Shown here piece after piece: positions 10,516-20,900 of a stretch of DNA of 64,000 nucleotides. The position numbers and the translations under genes are program-made. A model generated the notes under the pieces. The model was not told the origin of the DNA and searched no databases. It saw only the letters and a list, made by a program, of their open reading frames with translations. Where the stretch lies: the NCBI RefSeq assembly GCF_054482525.1, contig NZ_CM137006.1, one strand, 5' to 3'. Each line of letters starts with the position of its first letter. Positions within the stretch are counted from its first letter, which is position 1.

Positions 10516-11232
10516 ATGAAAAAGGCAAAAATACTTTCTGGCGTATTATTACTGTGCTTTTCGTCACCATTAATTTCTCAGGCTGCGACACTGGACGTAC
10601 GTGGTGGATATCGTAGCGGAAGCCATGCCTATGAGACTCGACTCAAAGTCAGTGAGGGATGGCAAAATGGATGGTGGGCAAGCATGGAAAGTAATACCTG
10701 GAATACCATTCATGATAATAAAAAGGAAAATGCCGCACTCAATGATGTTCAGGTTGAAGTTAATTACGCGATTAAACTTGATGATCAATGGACGGTGCGC
10801 CCGGGAATGTTAACGCATTTTAGCAGCAACGGCACACGCTACGGACCCTACGTAAAACTGTCCTGGGACGCGACAAAAGATCTTAATTTTGGCATTCGCT
10901 ATCGTTACGACTGGAAAGCTTACCGACAACAAGACTTATCCGGTGATATGTCTCGTGATAACGTTCATCGTTGGGATGGATATGTCACTTACCATATTAA
11001 TAGTGATTTCACCTTCGCATGGCAAACGACGCTATACAGCAAACAGAACGATTATCGCTATGCAAACCACAAGAAATGGGCGACGGAAAATGCATTTGTT
11101 CTACAATACCATATGACGCCCGATATTACGCCATACATAGAATATGACTACCTTGACCGTCAGGGTGTTTACAACGGCAGAGATAATTTATCGGAAAACA
11201 GTTATCGCATTGGTGTGTCATTTAAACTGTAG
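10516..11232 (+). CDS. nanC: N-acetylneuraminic acid outer membrane channel NanC
   Basis: MKKAKILSGVLLLCFSSPLISQA signal peptide; 238 aa; KdgM-family porin-like sequence. The ORF-track start is an upstream GTG. Confidence 0.95.
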   Translation: MKKAKILSGVLLLCFSSPLISQAATLDVRGGYRSGSHAYETRLKVSEGWQNGWWASMESNTWNTIHDNKKENAALNDVQVEVNYAIKLDDQWTVRPGMLTHFSSNGTRYGPYVKLSWDATKDLNFGIRYRYDWKAYRQQDLSGDMSRDNVHRWDGYVTYHINSDFTFAWQTTLYSKQNDYRYANHKKWATENAFVLQYHMTPDITPYIEYDYLDRQGVYNGRDNLSENSYRIGVSFKL

Positions 11233-11251
11233 TAGACAGGAGACAGTCACA

Positions 11252-12358
11252 ATGAATAAAACAATAACGGCGCTTGCTATCATGATGGCTTCATTTGCCG
11301 CAAACGCGTCTGTATTACCGGAAACTCCTGTGCCATTTAAAAGTGGTACCGGGGCAATTGATAACGACACTGTCTACATTGGTTTAGGTAGCGCAGGTAC
11401 AGCATGGTACAAGCTGGATACACAGGCCAAAGATAAAAAATGGACAGCGTTAGCTGCATTCCCTGGCGGACCAAGAGATCAAGCAACCTCTGCATTTATT
11501 GATGGCAATCTGTATGTGTTTGGCGGCATTGGCAAAAACAGCGAGGGCTTGACTCAGGTATTTAATGACGTACACAAATACAACCCCAAAACCAATAGCT
11601 GGGTTAAATTGATGTCGCACGCGCCGATGGGCATGGCGGGCCATGTGACTTTTGTACACAACGGCAAGGCTTATGTTACTGGCGGTGTTAACCAGAATAT
11701 CTTCAATGGCTATTTTGAAGATCTCAACGAGGCTGGAAAAGATTCAACCGCTATAGATAAAATCAACGCCCACTATTTTGACAAAAAAGCAGAAGATTAT
11801 TTCTTCAATAAGTTTCTGTTGTCTTTTGATCCCTCAACACAGCAATGGAGTTACGCTGGCGAATCTCCCTGGTACGGGACGGCTGGTGCGGCGGTTGTGA
11901 GTAAAGGTGATAAAACCTGGCTTATTAATGGCGAAGCCAAACCAGGATTGCGAACGGATGCCGTATTTGAACTTGATTTCACCGGTAATAATTTAAAATG
12001 GAATAAGCTTGCTCCCGTCGCATCACCAGATGGCGTCGCTGGCGGTTTTGCAGGCATGAGCAATGACTCACTGATATTTGCCGGAGGGGCCGGATTCAAA
12101 GGTTCACGGGAAAATTACCAAAACGGTAAGAACTATGCGCATGAAGGCCTGAAAAAATCATATAGCGCTGATATTCATCTTTGGCATAACGGAAAATGGG
12201 ATAAATCTGGTGAATTATCGCGAGGTCGGGCCTACGGAGTATCATTGCCCTGGAATAATAGTTTATTAATTATTGGCGGTGAAACTGCAGGCGGCAAAGC
12301 GGTGACGGATTCAGTTTTAATTTCTGTGAAGGATAATAAAGTCACAGTACAAAACTAA
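11252..12358 (+). CDS. nanM: N-acetylneuraminate epimerase/mutarotase NanM (Kelch repeat)
   Basis: MNKTITALAIMMASFAANA signal peptide; 368 aa; synteny. Confidence 0.95.
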   Translation: MNKTITALAIMMASFAANASVLPETPVPFKSGTGAIDNDTVYIGLGSAGTAWYKLDTQAKDKKWTALAAFPGGPRDQATSAFIDGNLYVFGGIGKNSEGLTQVFNDVHKYNPKTNSWVKLMSHAPMGMAGHVTFVHNGKAYVTGGVNQNIFNGYFEDLNEAGKDSTAIDKINAHYFDKKAEDYFFNKFLLSFDPSTQQWSYAGESPWYGTAGAAVVSKGDKTWLINGEAKPGLRTDAVFELDFTGNNLKWNKLAPVASPDGVAGGFAGMSNDSLIFAGGAGFKGSRENYQNGKNYAHEGLKKSYSADIHLWHNGKWDKSGELSRGRAYGVSLPWNNSLLIIGGETAGGKAVTDSVLISVKDNKVTVQN

Positions 12359-12422
12359 CGCTTCAGGGCCCCGGTAAAGGGGCCTTGCTATCAATTTGTC
12401 ATTTGTATTACGCGAAAATTAT

Positions 12423-13409
12423 ATGAACGCAATAATATCGCCCGATTATTACTATGTTCTTACCGTTGCTGGTCAGTCTAATGCCATGGCGTATGGCGAA
12501 GGACTGCCATTACCGGACAGGGAAGATGCGCCTCATCCCAGAATTAAACAATTAGCGAGATTTGCGCATACGCATCCCGGAGGCCCGTCATGTCACTTTA
12601 ACGACATTATTCCACTGACTCACTGCCCACACGATGTTCAGGATATGCAGGGTTATCACCATCCTCTGGCAACGAATCATCAAACACAGTACGGCACCGT
12701 TGGCCAGGCACTGCATATTGCACGGAAATTACTGCCCTTCATTCCTGATAATGCAGGGATTCTCATCGTTCCGTGTTGCCGTGGCGGATCGGCTTTTACC
12801 GCAGGCAGCGAAGGGACATATTCAGAACGGCACGGAGCCAGCCATGATGCTTGTCGTTGGGGAACGGATACTCCGCTATACCAGGATTTAGTCAGCAGAA
12901 CGCGAGCCGCACTGGCAAAAAATCCGCAGAACAAATTCCTCGGCGTATGCTGGATGCAAGGCGAATTTGACTTAATGACCAGTGACTACGCGTCACACCC
13001 TCAACACTTTAATCATATGGTTGAAGCCTTTCGTAGGGATCTAAAACAATACCATTCTCAGCTTAATAAAATTACTGACGCACCGTGGTTTTGCGGCGAT
13101 ACCACCTGGTACTGGAAAGAAAATTTCCCTCATGCGTATGAAGCTATTTATGGCAATTATCAAAATAATGTTTTAGCCAATATTATTTTCGTCGACTTCC
13201 AGCAACAAGGTGCAAGAGGACTGACGAACGCGCCTGATGAAGATCCGGACGATTTAAGCACGGGATATTACGGTTCAGTGTACCGGTCACCGGAGAACTG
13301 GACGACGGCACTGCGAAGCAGTCATTTCAGCGCGGCAGCCCGTCGGGGGATTATTTCTGACAGGTTTGTAGAAGCAATTTTGCGTTTGTCACATTTTCAC
13401 AAAGAATAG
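12423..13409 (+). CDS. nanS: 9-O-acetyl-N-acetylneuraminate esterase NanS (YjhS)
   Basis: MNAIISPDYYYVLTVAGQSNAMAYGEG (SGNH-type GQSN motif); 328 aa from this start; synteny. Confidence 0.9.
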   Translation: MNAIISPDYYYVLTVAGQSNAMAYGEGLPLPDREDAPHPRIKQLARFAHTHPGGPSCHFNDIIPLTHCPHDVQDMQGYHHPLATNHQTQYGTVGQALHIARKLLPFIPDNAGILIVPCCRGGSAFTAGSEGTYSERHGASHDACRWGTDTPLYQDLVSRTRAALAKNPQNKFLGVCWMQGEFDLMTSDYASHPQHFNHMVEAFRRDLKQYHSQLNKITDAPWFCGDTTWYWKENFPHAYEAIYGNYQNNVLANIIFVDFQQQGARGLTNAPDEDPDDLSTGYYGSVYRSPENWTTALRSSHFSAAARRGIISDRFVEAILRLSHFHKE

Positions 13410-14208
13410 TACACGCTATTCCTTGTGCAATCAGGCCAGCTCGCAATAAAGGCAGCAACTATGCTTGAAGCCCCTTTCACCGCCGGATAAATAATATCCT
13501 TACGGCAATTGGTAACCGTATAAAATGCTTGATGTTTTGAACTGCCGTTGACGAAGATGAAGTAATCTGCTTTTTTGGCAGCATCCAATAACGCATCAAT
13601 GGCAACGCGATCATTGTTGAGCTCAATTCATAGCGCCGGATACAATTTCAATAAGGCGTCTTTACCACGTTGCGTGGCATTTTTGTAATACTGTAAAACA
13701 CCCGCTTTTTCCCGCGGAGATTCCGATACAACGGAGACGTTACGCTTGCTGGTATGGTTTCTGTCGGGAGGGTACTACCGATATCCTTACAAACGTAGAG
13801 CTGTTCCATCATGCGTGCCAACAACAGCATACGGATATCCAACCGTTCCCAGCGACGTAGGAACATCTCGCGAATGTTAATCCAGTACTGTAGTCGGCGA
13901 TCGCTATCACCAGATTCACAATCATAAAGAACCTCTGCAATATCAAGAGTATACTTGAGAATTTATGTCGATTCATTTTTCGTGCACAACATTTCGATAG
14001 CTTCGAGGGCATCATGGTATTCTTTGTGACTGAAGGTCCATGAAAGTAACGTATCCAGAATAATCCCTGTAGTTGCCAAAATGAGTTGATCACTACACAA
14101 TGATTTGTTTGTACAGAAGGAACGATTATTATATGTTCTTGTAGGGCAGAGCACGTTGCTACGGTAACAGCGTTGAAGATAATTTGGTCGAGACTGTAGT
14201 GGCCCAGT
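13397..14208 (-). pseudogene. 5'-truncated, frameshifted remnant of an unidentified gene at the island edge
   Basis: Four short minus-strand ORFs in at least three different frames can be chained into one reading. No convincing start. The 3' end overlaps the nanS stop by 13 nt. Confidence 0.45.
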
Positions 14209-14271
14209 TTAAAAGGTAGCAGAATTTTAAAAGTGTCAGGTGCATAGAATTAAAAAAATGGAACTATAAAA

Positions 14272-16005
14272 ATGGAAATCATGTTACCAAAAAACACCTT
14301 ATATGACAGAGAGCAAAATGTCTTTTTTGAAAAGGTTACGGCCTTAATTGGCGAAAATGGTGCTGGTAAGTCCTCGATTTTACAATCCGTATTTATTAAC
14401 TGTTTAACAAAAAAATATCTACCAGAAACAAAGGTTGTTTGTTTTTCTTCTGGACAAAATGAGAAATACTCAACGTACTTCTCTGATTATCTTTCTCATG
14501 AAAGGCAAGCAAATAGAGGTCTTAACTTAGATTGTTGTTATTACGATAAATCATGGTCAAAGTTACTAATATTCATATCCACAATTTGTAAATCAAATGG
14601 TCTTGTTAGAAATTTTTTATGTGAGAAAGGCTATATTGATGTATCAGATGATAAAAATGATGATATATCAAGCAAGCTTACATTGACGGTCCGAGTAAAT
14701 TCGGCTTACGTTAATCGAGTAAAAATGGCATTAGCACAAGAAGAACAAGGTATTGAAAATACTTTAAGGTATTCAGCTTATCATAGGACTTTAGAAAGTT
14801 TCATTAATAATATTGTTAATGCTGATTATGATTTCGAGTCTCCACTTGAAGCTCAAGAGATCTTGCTAACTCATTCAAATTTTTTCAATCCATCATTTGA
14901 GGAAGCAGAAGATTCCTTTTTTGATCCTATCATAACATTTTTCACTCAAGCAGCAGATAATGATTACTTTATAATAAAACCATCATTACAGCTAGAGTTT
15001 AAAAATAATATCGAACTGAATGATATTAGTGATGGGGAATATCAAGTACTCTTTTTATACTCTCTGCTTGATATTTTTGATAGTCCTAATACTTTATTCT
15101 TATTAGATGAGATAGATTCCCATTTACATTACAAGAATATTGAGCTCTTATGGCATCGACTACATAGTATTAATGGTTATGCGATAACAACCACCCATCT
15201 ATTAGACTCAATTACAGCTACTGATAATGATTTTAAAAACTTAAAGATTGTTGATAAAGGAAAAATAAAAGAAGATGATAAAATAAAAACTATAATAGAA
15301 CGTTTATCTGTCTTGACAAGAATATCAGACGTACAGTTCGAAGTGTGTCGTAAACTAGAAAACATAGTATTGATGGATGATTATAATGATTGGACTATTT
15401 TTTATGCCTTAGCAAAGAAAAAAGGACTTGATGTATCAAAGTTAGATGGCCTCCATGCAATAAAACAGTCCTCTGGTTACGATAATTTAAATCAAGAGTT
15501 CGCAAAACCAAAAATAGAGTGGATTAATTCGCTTTCAAATGTAAATACTGATAAGAAAGTCAAAAAAATATTCATGATCTGCGACAAAGATGAGGCTCCA
15601 ATTACCTATCAGAAAGATGGAGTTCAAGTCAATGGAAGTGAATATTCAAAACATATAGCGAAGTTAGAAAATAAAAACAAAAATAAAATATATCTCCTTG
15701 CTTGGAAAAGAAGAGAAATAAAAAACTACTTATTATCTTATACGGCATTGTCTCATCATGGATTTATCGGGCAAATAAACAATGGTGATCTGCCGGCTAA
15801 CAGTTATTTAAAAGAAAACAATCCTGGAGATAATTCAGCAATTAGCCGGCTTAATGTAAAACATTGCATCACAAAAATAATTGATTCTGATGGTATAGGA
15901 TTAGATATCTCAAAACTTTACTCATATATAGAACTTATACCACCTGCTGAGATCAGTGAAGATATAGTGAACATGTACAATTTTTTGGTGGAGAAATTAA
16001 AATGA
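14272..16005 (+). CDS. ABC-type ATPase fused to a C-terminal DUF4435/Toprim-like domain (OLD / PARIS AriA-AriB-like architecture)
   Basis: Walker A GENGAGKSS; signature-like SDGEYQ; Walker B LFLLDEIDSHLH; H-loop TTTH. C-terminal IVLMDDYNDW..FY, MICDKDE and KRREIKNYLL resemble DUF4435. Very AT-rich. Confidence 0.75.
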   Translation: MEIMLPKNTLYDREQNVFFEKVTALIGENGAGKSSILQSVFINCLTKKYLPETKVVCFSSGQNEKYSTYFSDYLSHERQANRGLNLDCCYYDKSWSKLLIFISTICKSNGLVRNFLCEKGYIDVSDDKNDDISSKLTLTVRVNSAYVNRVKMALAQEEQGIENTLRYSAYHRTLESFINNIVNADYDFESPLEAQEILLTHSNFFNPSFEEAEDSFFDPIITFFTQAADNDYFIIKPSLQLEFKNNIELNDISDGEYQVLFLYSLLDIFDSPNTLFLLDEIDSHLHYKNIELLWHRLHSINGYAITTTHLLDSITATDNDFKNLKIVDKGKIKEDDKIKTIIERLSVLTRISDVQFEVCRKLENIVLMDDYNDWTIFYALAKKKGLDVSKLDGLHAIKQSSGYDNLNQEFAKPKIEWINSLSNVNTDKKVKKIFMICDKDEAPITYQKDGVQVNGSEYSKHIAKLENKNKNKIYLLAWKRREIKNYLLSYTALSHHGFIGQINNGDLPANSYLKENNPGDNSAISRLNVKHCITKIIDSDGIGLDISKLYSYIELIPPAEISEDIVNMYNFLVEKLK

Positions 16006-17909
16006 ACACCTCTTTATTTGAAGATCTACTTACACTAATCAAGAAAAAGAGTTCGATAAGAAATACAGAGCAAGCAGTAGAGTTAATTTCATTATTTATT
16101 TTTTTACATTATATAAAATTATATCTTTATGAAAATGATAAAAGATTTTCAGATATAAAAAACATATCAAGCAACAACATTAATGAAATTAAATATTATT
16201 ACCAGCAACTATATGAAAGTTTTATTTTCTCGATAGATATAAAAAATATAAACCACGACATGCTTGAAAACCTCAGGAGTAAGATAGGTTTTTTAATTAA
16301 TAACATCAATGACCATGAAATAATTAAATATATAGATTATTCTATTTCGCAGATACATTCACTTACAGAATTCCATCAATATGCAAATTCTTATCAATCT
16401 TTAATTCTTAGGATGGTTAATGAATCGGGTCGTTCAGGTGAATATGTTACTCCATCTGCTTTAGTTCAGCTCATGGTTGAAATGTTATCACCTACAGATG
16501 GCACATCAATCTACGACCCAGCATGTGGAACTGGGGGTTTATTAATAGAGTCAGCACGATATATTAAAGGCAACAGTTTAAACAAAAACTTAAATTTAAA
16601 TTATTCCCTTATTGGTAATGACACATCATCATTTGCCTGTCTAATCTCAATTGTTAACCTTTTAATCAATAAAGAATTTAATTTTGAAATAATACTAAAA
16701 GATAGCTTAGATATAAATTATAAGAATAAAAAATATGACTTTGTTTTAACTAACCCACCATTTGGGAAAAAGAGCTGTTGGGATAATATTCATATTGACA
16801 CACATTATAAAGGACCTAATCTAGACTATTACTTCCTGGAGCATGTTATTGACTCTCTCGCTGTTAATGGCAAAGCAGCCATGATATTACCAGAGCGTTT
16901 TTTATATGATGTGAGTGAAGAGTGCATCACTCTTAAAGATAAGATCTTCCAAAATTATAATTTAGATTGTATTTTATCTATACCGTCAGGTGCATTGCTT
17001 CCTTACACTGCAGTAAAATTATGTATTCTTTTTATAAGTAATTCTGGCCCAACAGATAGAATATTTTTCTACAATTTAAATAATGGTGAAAAATACTCAC
17101 GTACAAATATTATAAAATTCGATGATTTTATAGATTTTTTAGAGTCAGCAAAAAATAGAACAATAACTGAACACTCCTGGATTATCAATATTAGTGATAC
17201 ACCTTCATCTTATAACTTACTCTTAAAAGATAAAGAGCGAAACTCATATGAGTTTCTTAGTGATTCTATAGTTAACATTGAACAGACAATACGTAATAAT
17301 GAATTATTACTAACAGAGTTGTCTTTATTAAGAGAAAAAATAGCAATCTTAGAGTCAACAATAAAAAATCATTCGCATGAATATGAATTTGAGAGACTTA
17401 AAGTTGGAAATATTGCAATAGTAAAATCCGGAAATTTATTACAAAAAAACAGGCTGTTACCCACTGGACCAATTCCTGTATACGGTGGAAATGGAGTTAT
17501 TGGATATAATAATGAAGCAATGGAAAATGGTGAAAATATTATTATTGGTAAGGTCGGAGCTCTTTGCGGAAACGTTCGGTATGTTCAAGGTGATATTTGG
17601 GTGACAAATAACTCATTAATTATTAAGAATTATTCACCAAATAAAGTTTTAACACCCTACCTTGCAAAATTATTATCTACTTTAAACTTAAGAAGGCTCG
17701 CCGTTGGTACCGCTCAGCAATATTTAACCACGACACAAATAAAAAATGTAGAAGTTAGTATTCCACCTTTAACGACCCAGTATAAATTAAATATTTGGCT
17801 TGATGAGTTAGATAATACGCTTGAACAATATAATAATCTCATTGAAAAAATAATGAATGATAAGCGAGAACTTAAAGAGAATTTGTATAAAGGTCTTTTA
17901 ATAGAATAG
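16002..17909 (+). CDS. N6-adenine DNA methyltransferase (HsdM-like) fused to a single HsdS-type target recognition domain
   Basis: Motif I DPACGTGGLLIE and motif IV TNPPFGKK. C-terminal ~200 aa resembles one HsdS TRD plus a conserved helix (GKVGALCGNV, WVTNNSLII, SIPPLTTQ). ATGA start/stop overlap with the upstream gene. Confidence 0.8.
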   Translation: MNTSLFEDLLTLIKKKSSIRNTEQAVELISLFIFLHYIKLYLYENDKRFSDIKNISSNNINEIKYYYQQLYESFIFSIDIKNINHDMLENLRSKIGFLINNINDHEIIKYIDYSISQIHSLTEFHQYANSYQSLILRMVNESGRSGEYVTPSALVQLMVEMLSPTDGTSIYDPACGTGGLLIESARYIKGNSLNKNLNLNYSLIGNDTSSFACLISIVNLLINKEFNFEIILKDSLDINYKNKKYDFVLTNPPFGKKSCWDNIHIDTHYKGPNLDYYFLEHVIDSLAVNGKAAMILPERFLYDVSEECITLKDKIFQNYNLDCILSIPSGALLPYTAVKLCILFISNSGPTDRIFFYNLNNGEKYSRTNIIKFDDFIDFLESAKNRTITEHSWIINISDTPSSYNLLLKDKERNSYEFLSDSIVNIEQTIRNNELLLTELSLLREKIAILESTIKNHSHEYEFERLKVGNIAIVKSGNLLQKNRLLPTGPIPVYGGNGVIGYNNEAMENGENIIIGKVGALCGNVRYVQGDIWVTNNSLIIKNYSPNKVLTPYLAKLLSTLNLRRLAVGTAQQYLTTTQIKNVEVSIPPLTTQYKLNIWLDELDNTLEQYNNLIEKIMNDKRELKENLYKGLLIE

Positions 17910-17915
17910 ATCACA

Positions 17916-17946
17916 GTAGCAGGGTGTCCACAATACACCCTGCTAC
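17916..17946. terminator. Bidirectional hairpin between convergent MTase-S gene and hsdR
   Basis: gtagcagggtg / caccctgctac: 11-bp perfect stem. Confidence 0.6.
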
Positions 17947-17989
17947 TGGTTGCAAGTAAGTTGCAATATCTGTACTGCTGAAGCTACGA

Positions 17990-20900
17990 TTAATAATGCT
18001 CCTCAATATACCCATACGCCTTCTGGAACAACTCTTTATCTTTCCCTAGTCCAAACTGGGCCAAGGTCAGCAAAAGCGCCTTTTGGATTTCGCGCGGGCC
18101 ACTGTTAGAATTTTGCCAGCCATCAAAGCGGGTAGCTTTCACAATTTTATCAATTTGCTCTACAACATCACCGATTAACTTAGGGGTAGTTTCCGGACGT
18201 GTTTCGAGGAAAAGCTTAGTCAACGCCTGTTTATTATCAGCTTCAGTTACTGGACGCTCGCCCGTTTCGCGCTCGGCTTGAACGGTATCTTTCGCTGCAT
18301 CCAACAGGCCTTTCAACCAGTCAATGGCCTTGATAACACCAGCTTCATAGTCCTGACGCAGTTTTTCAAGGCGCTCGCCCAATGCCACAAATTTAGGATC
18401 ATGACTGCCGCGCAAACGTCCCATAAGATCAATCTCCAGGCGTTTAGCACGTTGTTCCTGCTCTTTAGCGGTCAGGGTAAAAATAGCGTGCTCGTCCATG
18501 ACCAACTCGTCAATATCATCGCGAATACGATTGATATCAGTATGCTCATGGATCATCTTGATTGTTTCGGGGCCAAGGGCAGCCCAAACAAGCGCACCTG
18601 TCTGCCCTACCGGACGCACCGATTCATAAATTTGCGCCAGCCATTTATAGTCCTGACGATAAGGGGTCAAAAAAGGGTCTGGGTTGATAGCTGACCATAA
18701 CTTGGATAACACACCAAAGCTGGCAGCGAATTCATCGCGCTTCTCGTTGGTCGGCAGGCATTCCTGCGCGGCCATAATACCTTCAAAACCAGCTATGGAC
18801 CGATCCACACCAGGGAAGAAGGACAAACATTTATTCAGTTGTAACGGCAATAGCTCTTTAAATGCCTCAATTCCCTCTACAACTCCTTCAATTTCTTCAG
18901 GGTTATAGGCCAGAGCGGTACGCAGATTTTCGAAAACGCCGAGGTAGTCGATAATTAATCCCATGTCCTTGCGTACAGTATCGGTTTCGTACAGCCGGTT
19001 AGTTCGGCACATGGCCTGCAGAAGGGTATGATCGCGTAGAGGCTTATCGAGGTACATGCAGTAGCAAATCGGGGCATCAAAGCCCGTAAGCAGCTTGGCG
19101 GTTACGATAATAAGCTGTAATGGATATTCAGGATCTTTAAAGCACTCAATTAGATCCTTTTGCACCTGCTCTTCGGCATCGATGTGCTGCCAGCGTTCAA
19201 AATCGACTTGTTTGACAGGCAGCTCCAACTCATCATGCCATTTAAGCCAATCCTTGTTGAGCTTGTCTTTTTTGCCACCCTCTTCAACTTTAATCGGAGC
19301 CTGGTCAACGTTCATAACCACTTCAACTGCATCAAAACCAAGCTTTTCACCGAGCAAATAATACATCTGCACACAGGCTTCGCGATCGTATACCACAACC
19401 ATGCCTTTCATCTTTTTCGGCATAACATGGTTGGTAAAATGCTCAGCAATATCATTACTCACCGCAGCCATACGTCTGGGAGATTTCAGCATAATAGCCA
19501 GCTTGCCGGCACGTCTGGACAATGCTGCTTTTTCTTCTTCATCCAGGTTGTTTTCGGTAGCCAGTTGCTCGAACTCTTCATTGATGGCATCACGATCCAC
19601 TCGGAGTTCAGCCAGCCGAGGTTCGAACTTCACCGGGTTAGTTGCGCCATCCCGGATCGACTGCTTATAGCTATAGCGGCTCATATAGCGACCTGGATCT
19701 TCTTCGGCACCGAACAATTTGAACGTATTACGATCAATGCCAGAAATCGGAGTACCAGTCAGGCCATAGAAGTGGGCATTGGGCAACGCCCAGCGCATTT
19801 TCTCGCCTAATCCCCCTTCCTGTGTACGGTGAGCTTCGTCAACCAACACAATGATATTGTCCCGGTTGTTCAGGCCATTAGGGTTGCTATCGTCAATTTC
19901 GATATCTTTAAATTTAAAGATGGTGGTGATTAAAATGCCACGGCTGTCTTGTTCAATGTATTCACCCAACTTTTTGCAGCTTTGCACTTTAATCAGATTC
20001 TTAACGTCGGCTCCACCAAAGGTCTCGTTAATTTGGCTGTCCAGATCTCGCCGGTCCACAACGATAAGTACCGTCGGGTTTTTTAACGCATTATCGGCAC
20101 GTAGCATTTTGGCGGCGTAAAGCATCAACAAGGATTTACCCGATCCCTGGAAATGCCAAATAAGACCTTTTTTTGGATAGCCTCTGCGAACACGCTCAAC
20201 AATTTGTTTTGCAGCTTCAAATTGCGGATAACGCGGCAAGATTTTAACGCGTTTAGGTGGAGTATTTTTGCCCGTTTTGACGGTTGAAAATAATGCAAAA
20301 GATTCCAGTAACTGCAATAAGGTTTGCGGATTTAACAAACTCTCACAGCTATTGAGTACCGATGCCAGACCCGGCAAAATTTCATCACGAAGCTCAGTAT
20401 TATGCCAGGGTCCCCAGTCTTTAACTCGGGCATTAATGGCTCCATAGGCAAAGGTTTTACCTTCGCTGGCAAAGCACAGCAAGTTAGGTACAAAGAAAGA
20501 TTCAACATTTTTCCAGTAGTACTTTTTGCCACCCATGAAATCGGCAGCACCGTCTTGCCAGGTCACGCTGGGGCGTGTTGCGGTTTTAACTTCGCCTACT
20601 ACCAGTGGCATGCCGTTCACATAAAGAACAATATCAAAATAGACTTCAGTGGCCGCGATATAGTGAACCTGCTGCGCCACTACAAAGTGGTTGTTCTCTA
20701 TATTGTCAAAATCAATCAGATTGATGGTGATATGGTCGCCATTCTTACCAAAAGGCAAGGTTTTGTCGGCCATCAACCATTCCTGGAAGTTTTCATTGGC
20801 CTTTACCAAGCCGGTATGGCGGGCTTCTAAAACCACTCCTCGCAGTTTGTAAATGACCTCATCGGCATAGTCAGGCTGTCTGCCGATATCAGGGTTTAAC

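Noticed and set aside
13410-14300. Search for a direct repeat of the leuX 3' end (att-like) or an integrase remnant at the nanS-side island boundary
   Set aside because: No match to tggtgccgaaggccggactcgaa or its complement was seen by eye, and no tyrosine-recombinase motifs appear in any frame. Degenerate copies cannot be excluded without an alignment.
14215-17922. Shared gtagcag motif at both edges of the AT-rich two-gene module as possible insertion repeats
   Set aside because: Only 7 nt are shared, which is well within chance expectation. The right copy is simply part of the terminator stem.
19160-19810. 216-aa plus-strand ORF (and several smaller ones) inside hsdR
   Set aside because: It is antisense to a complete HsdR with nuclease and helicase motifs and has no motif content.
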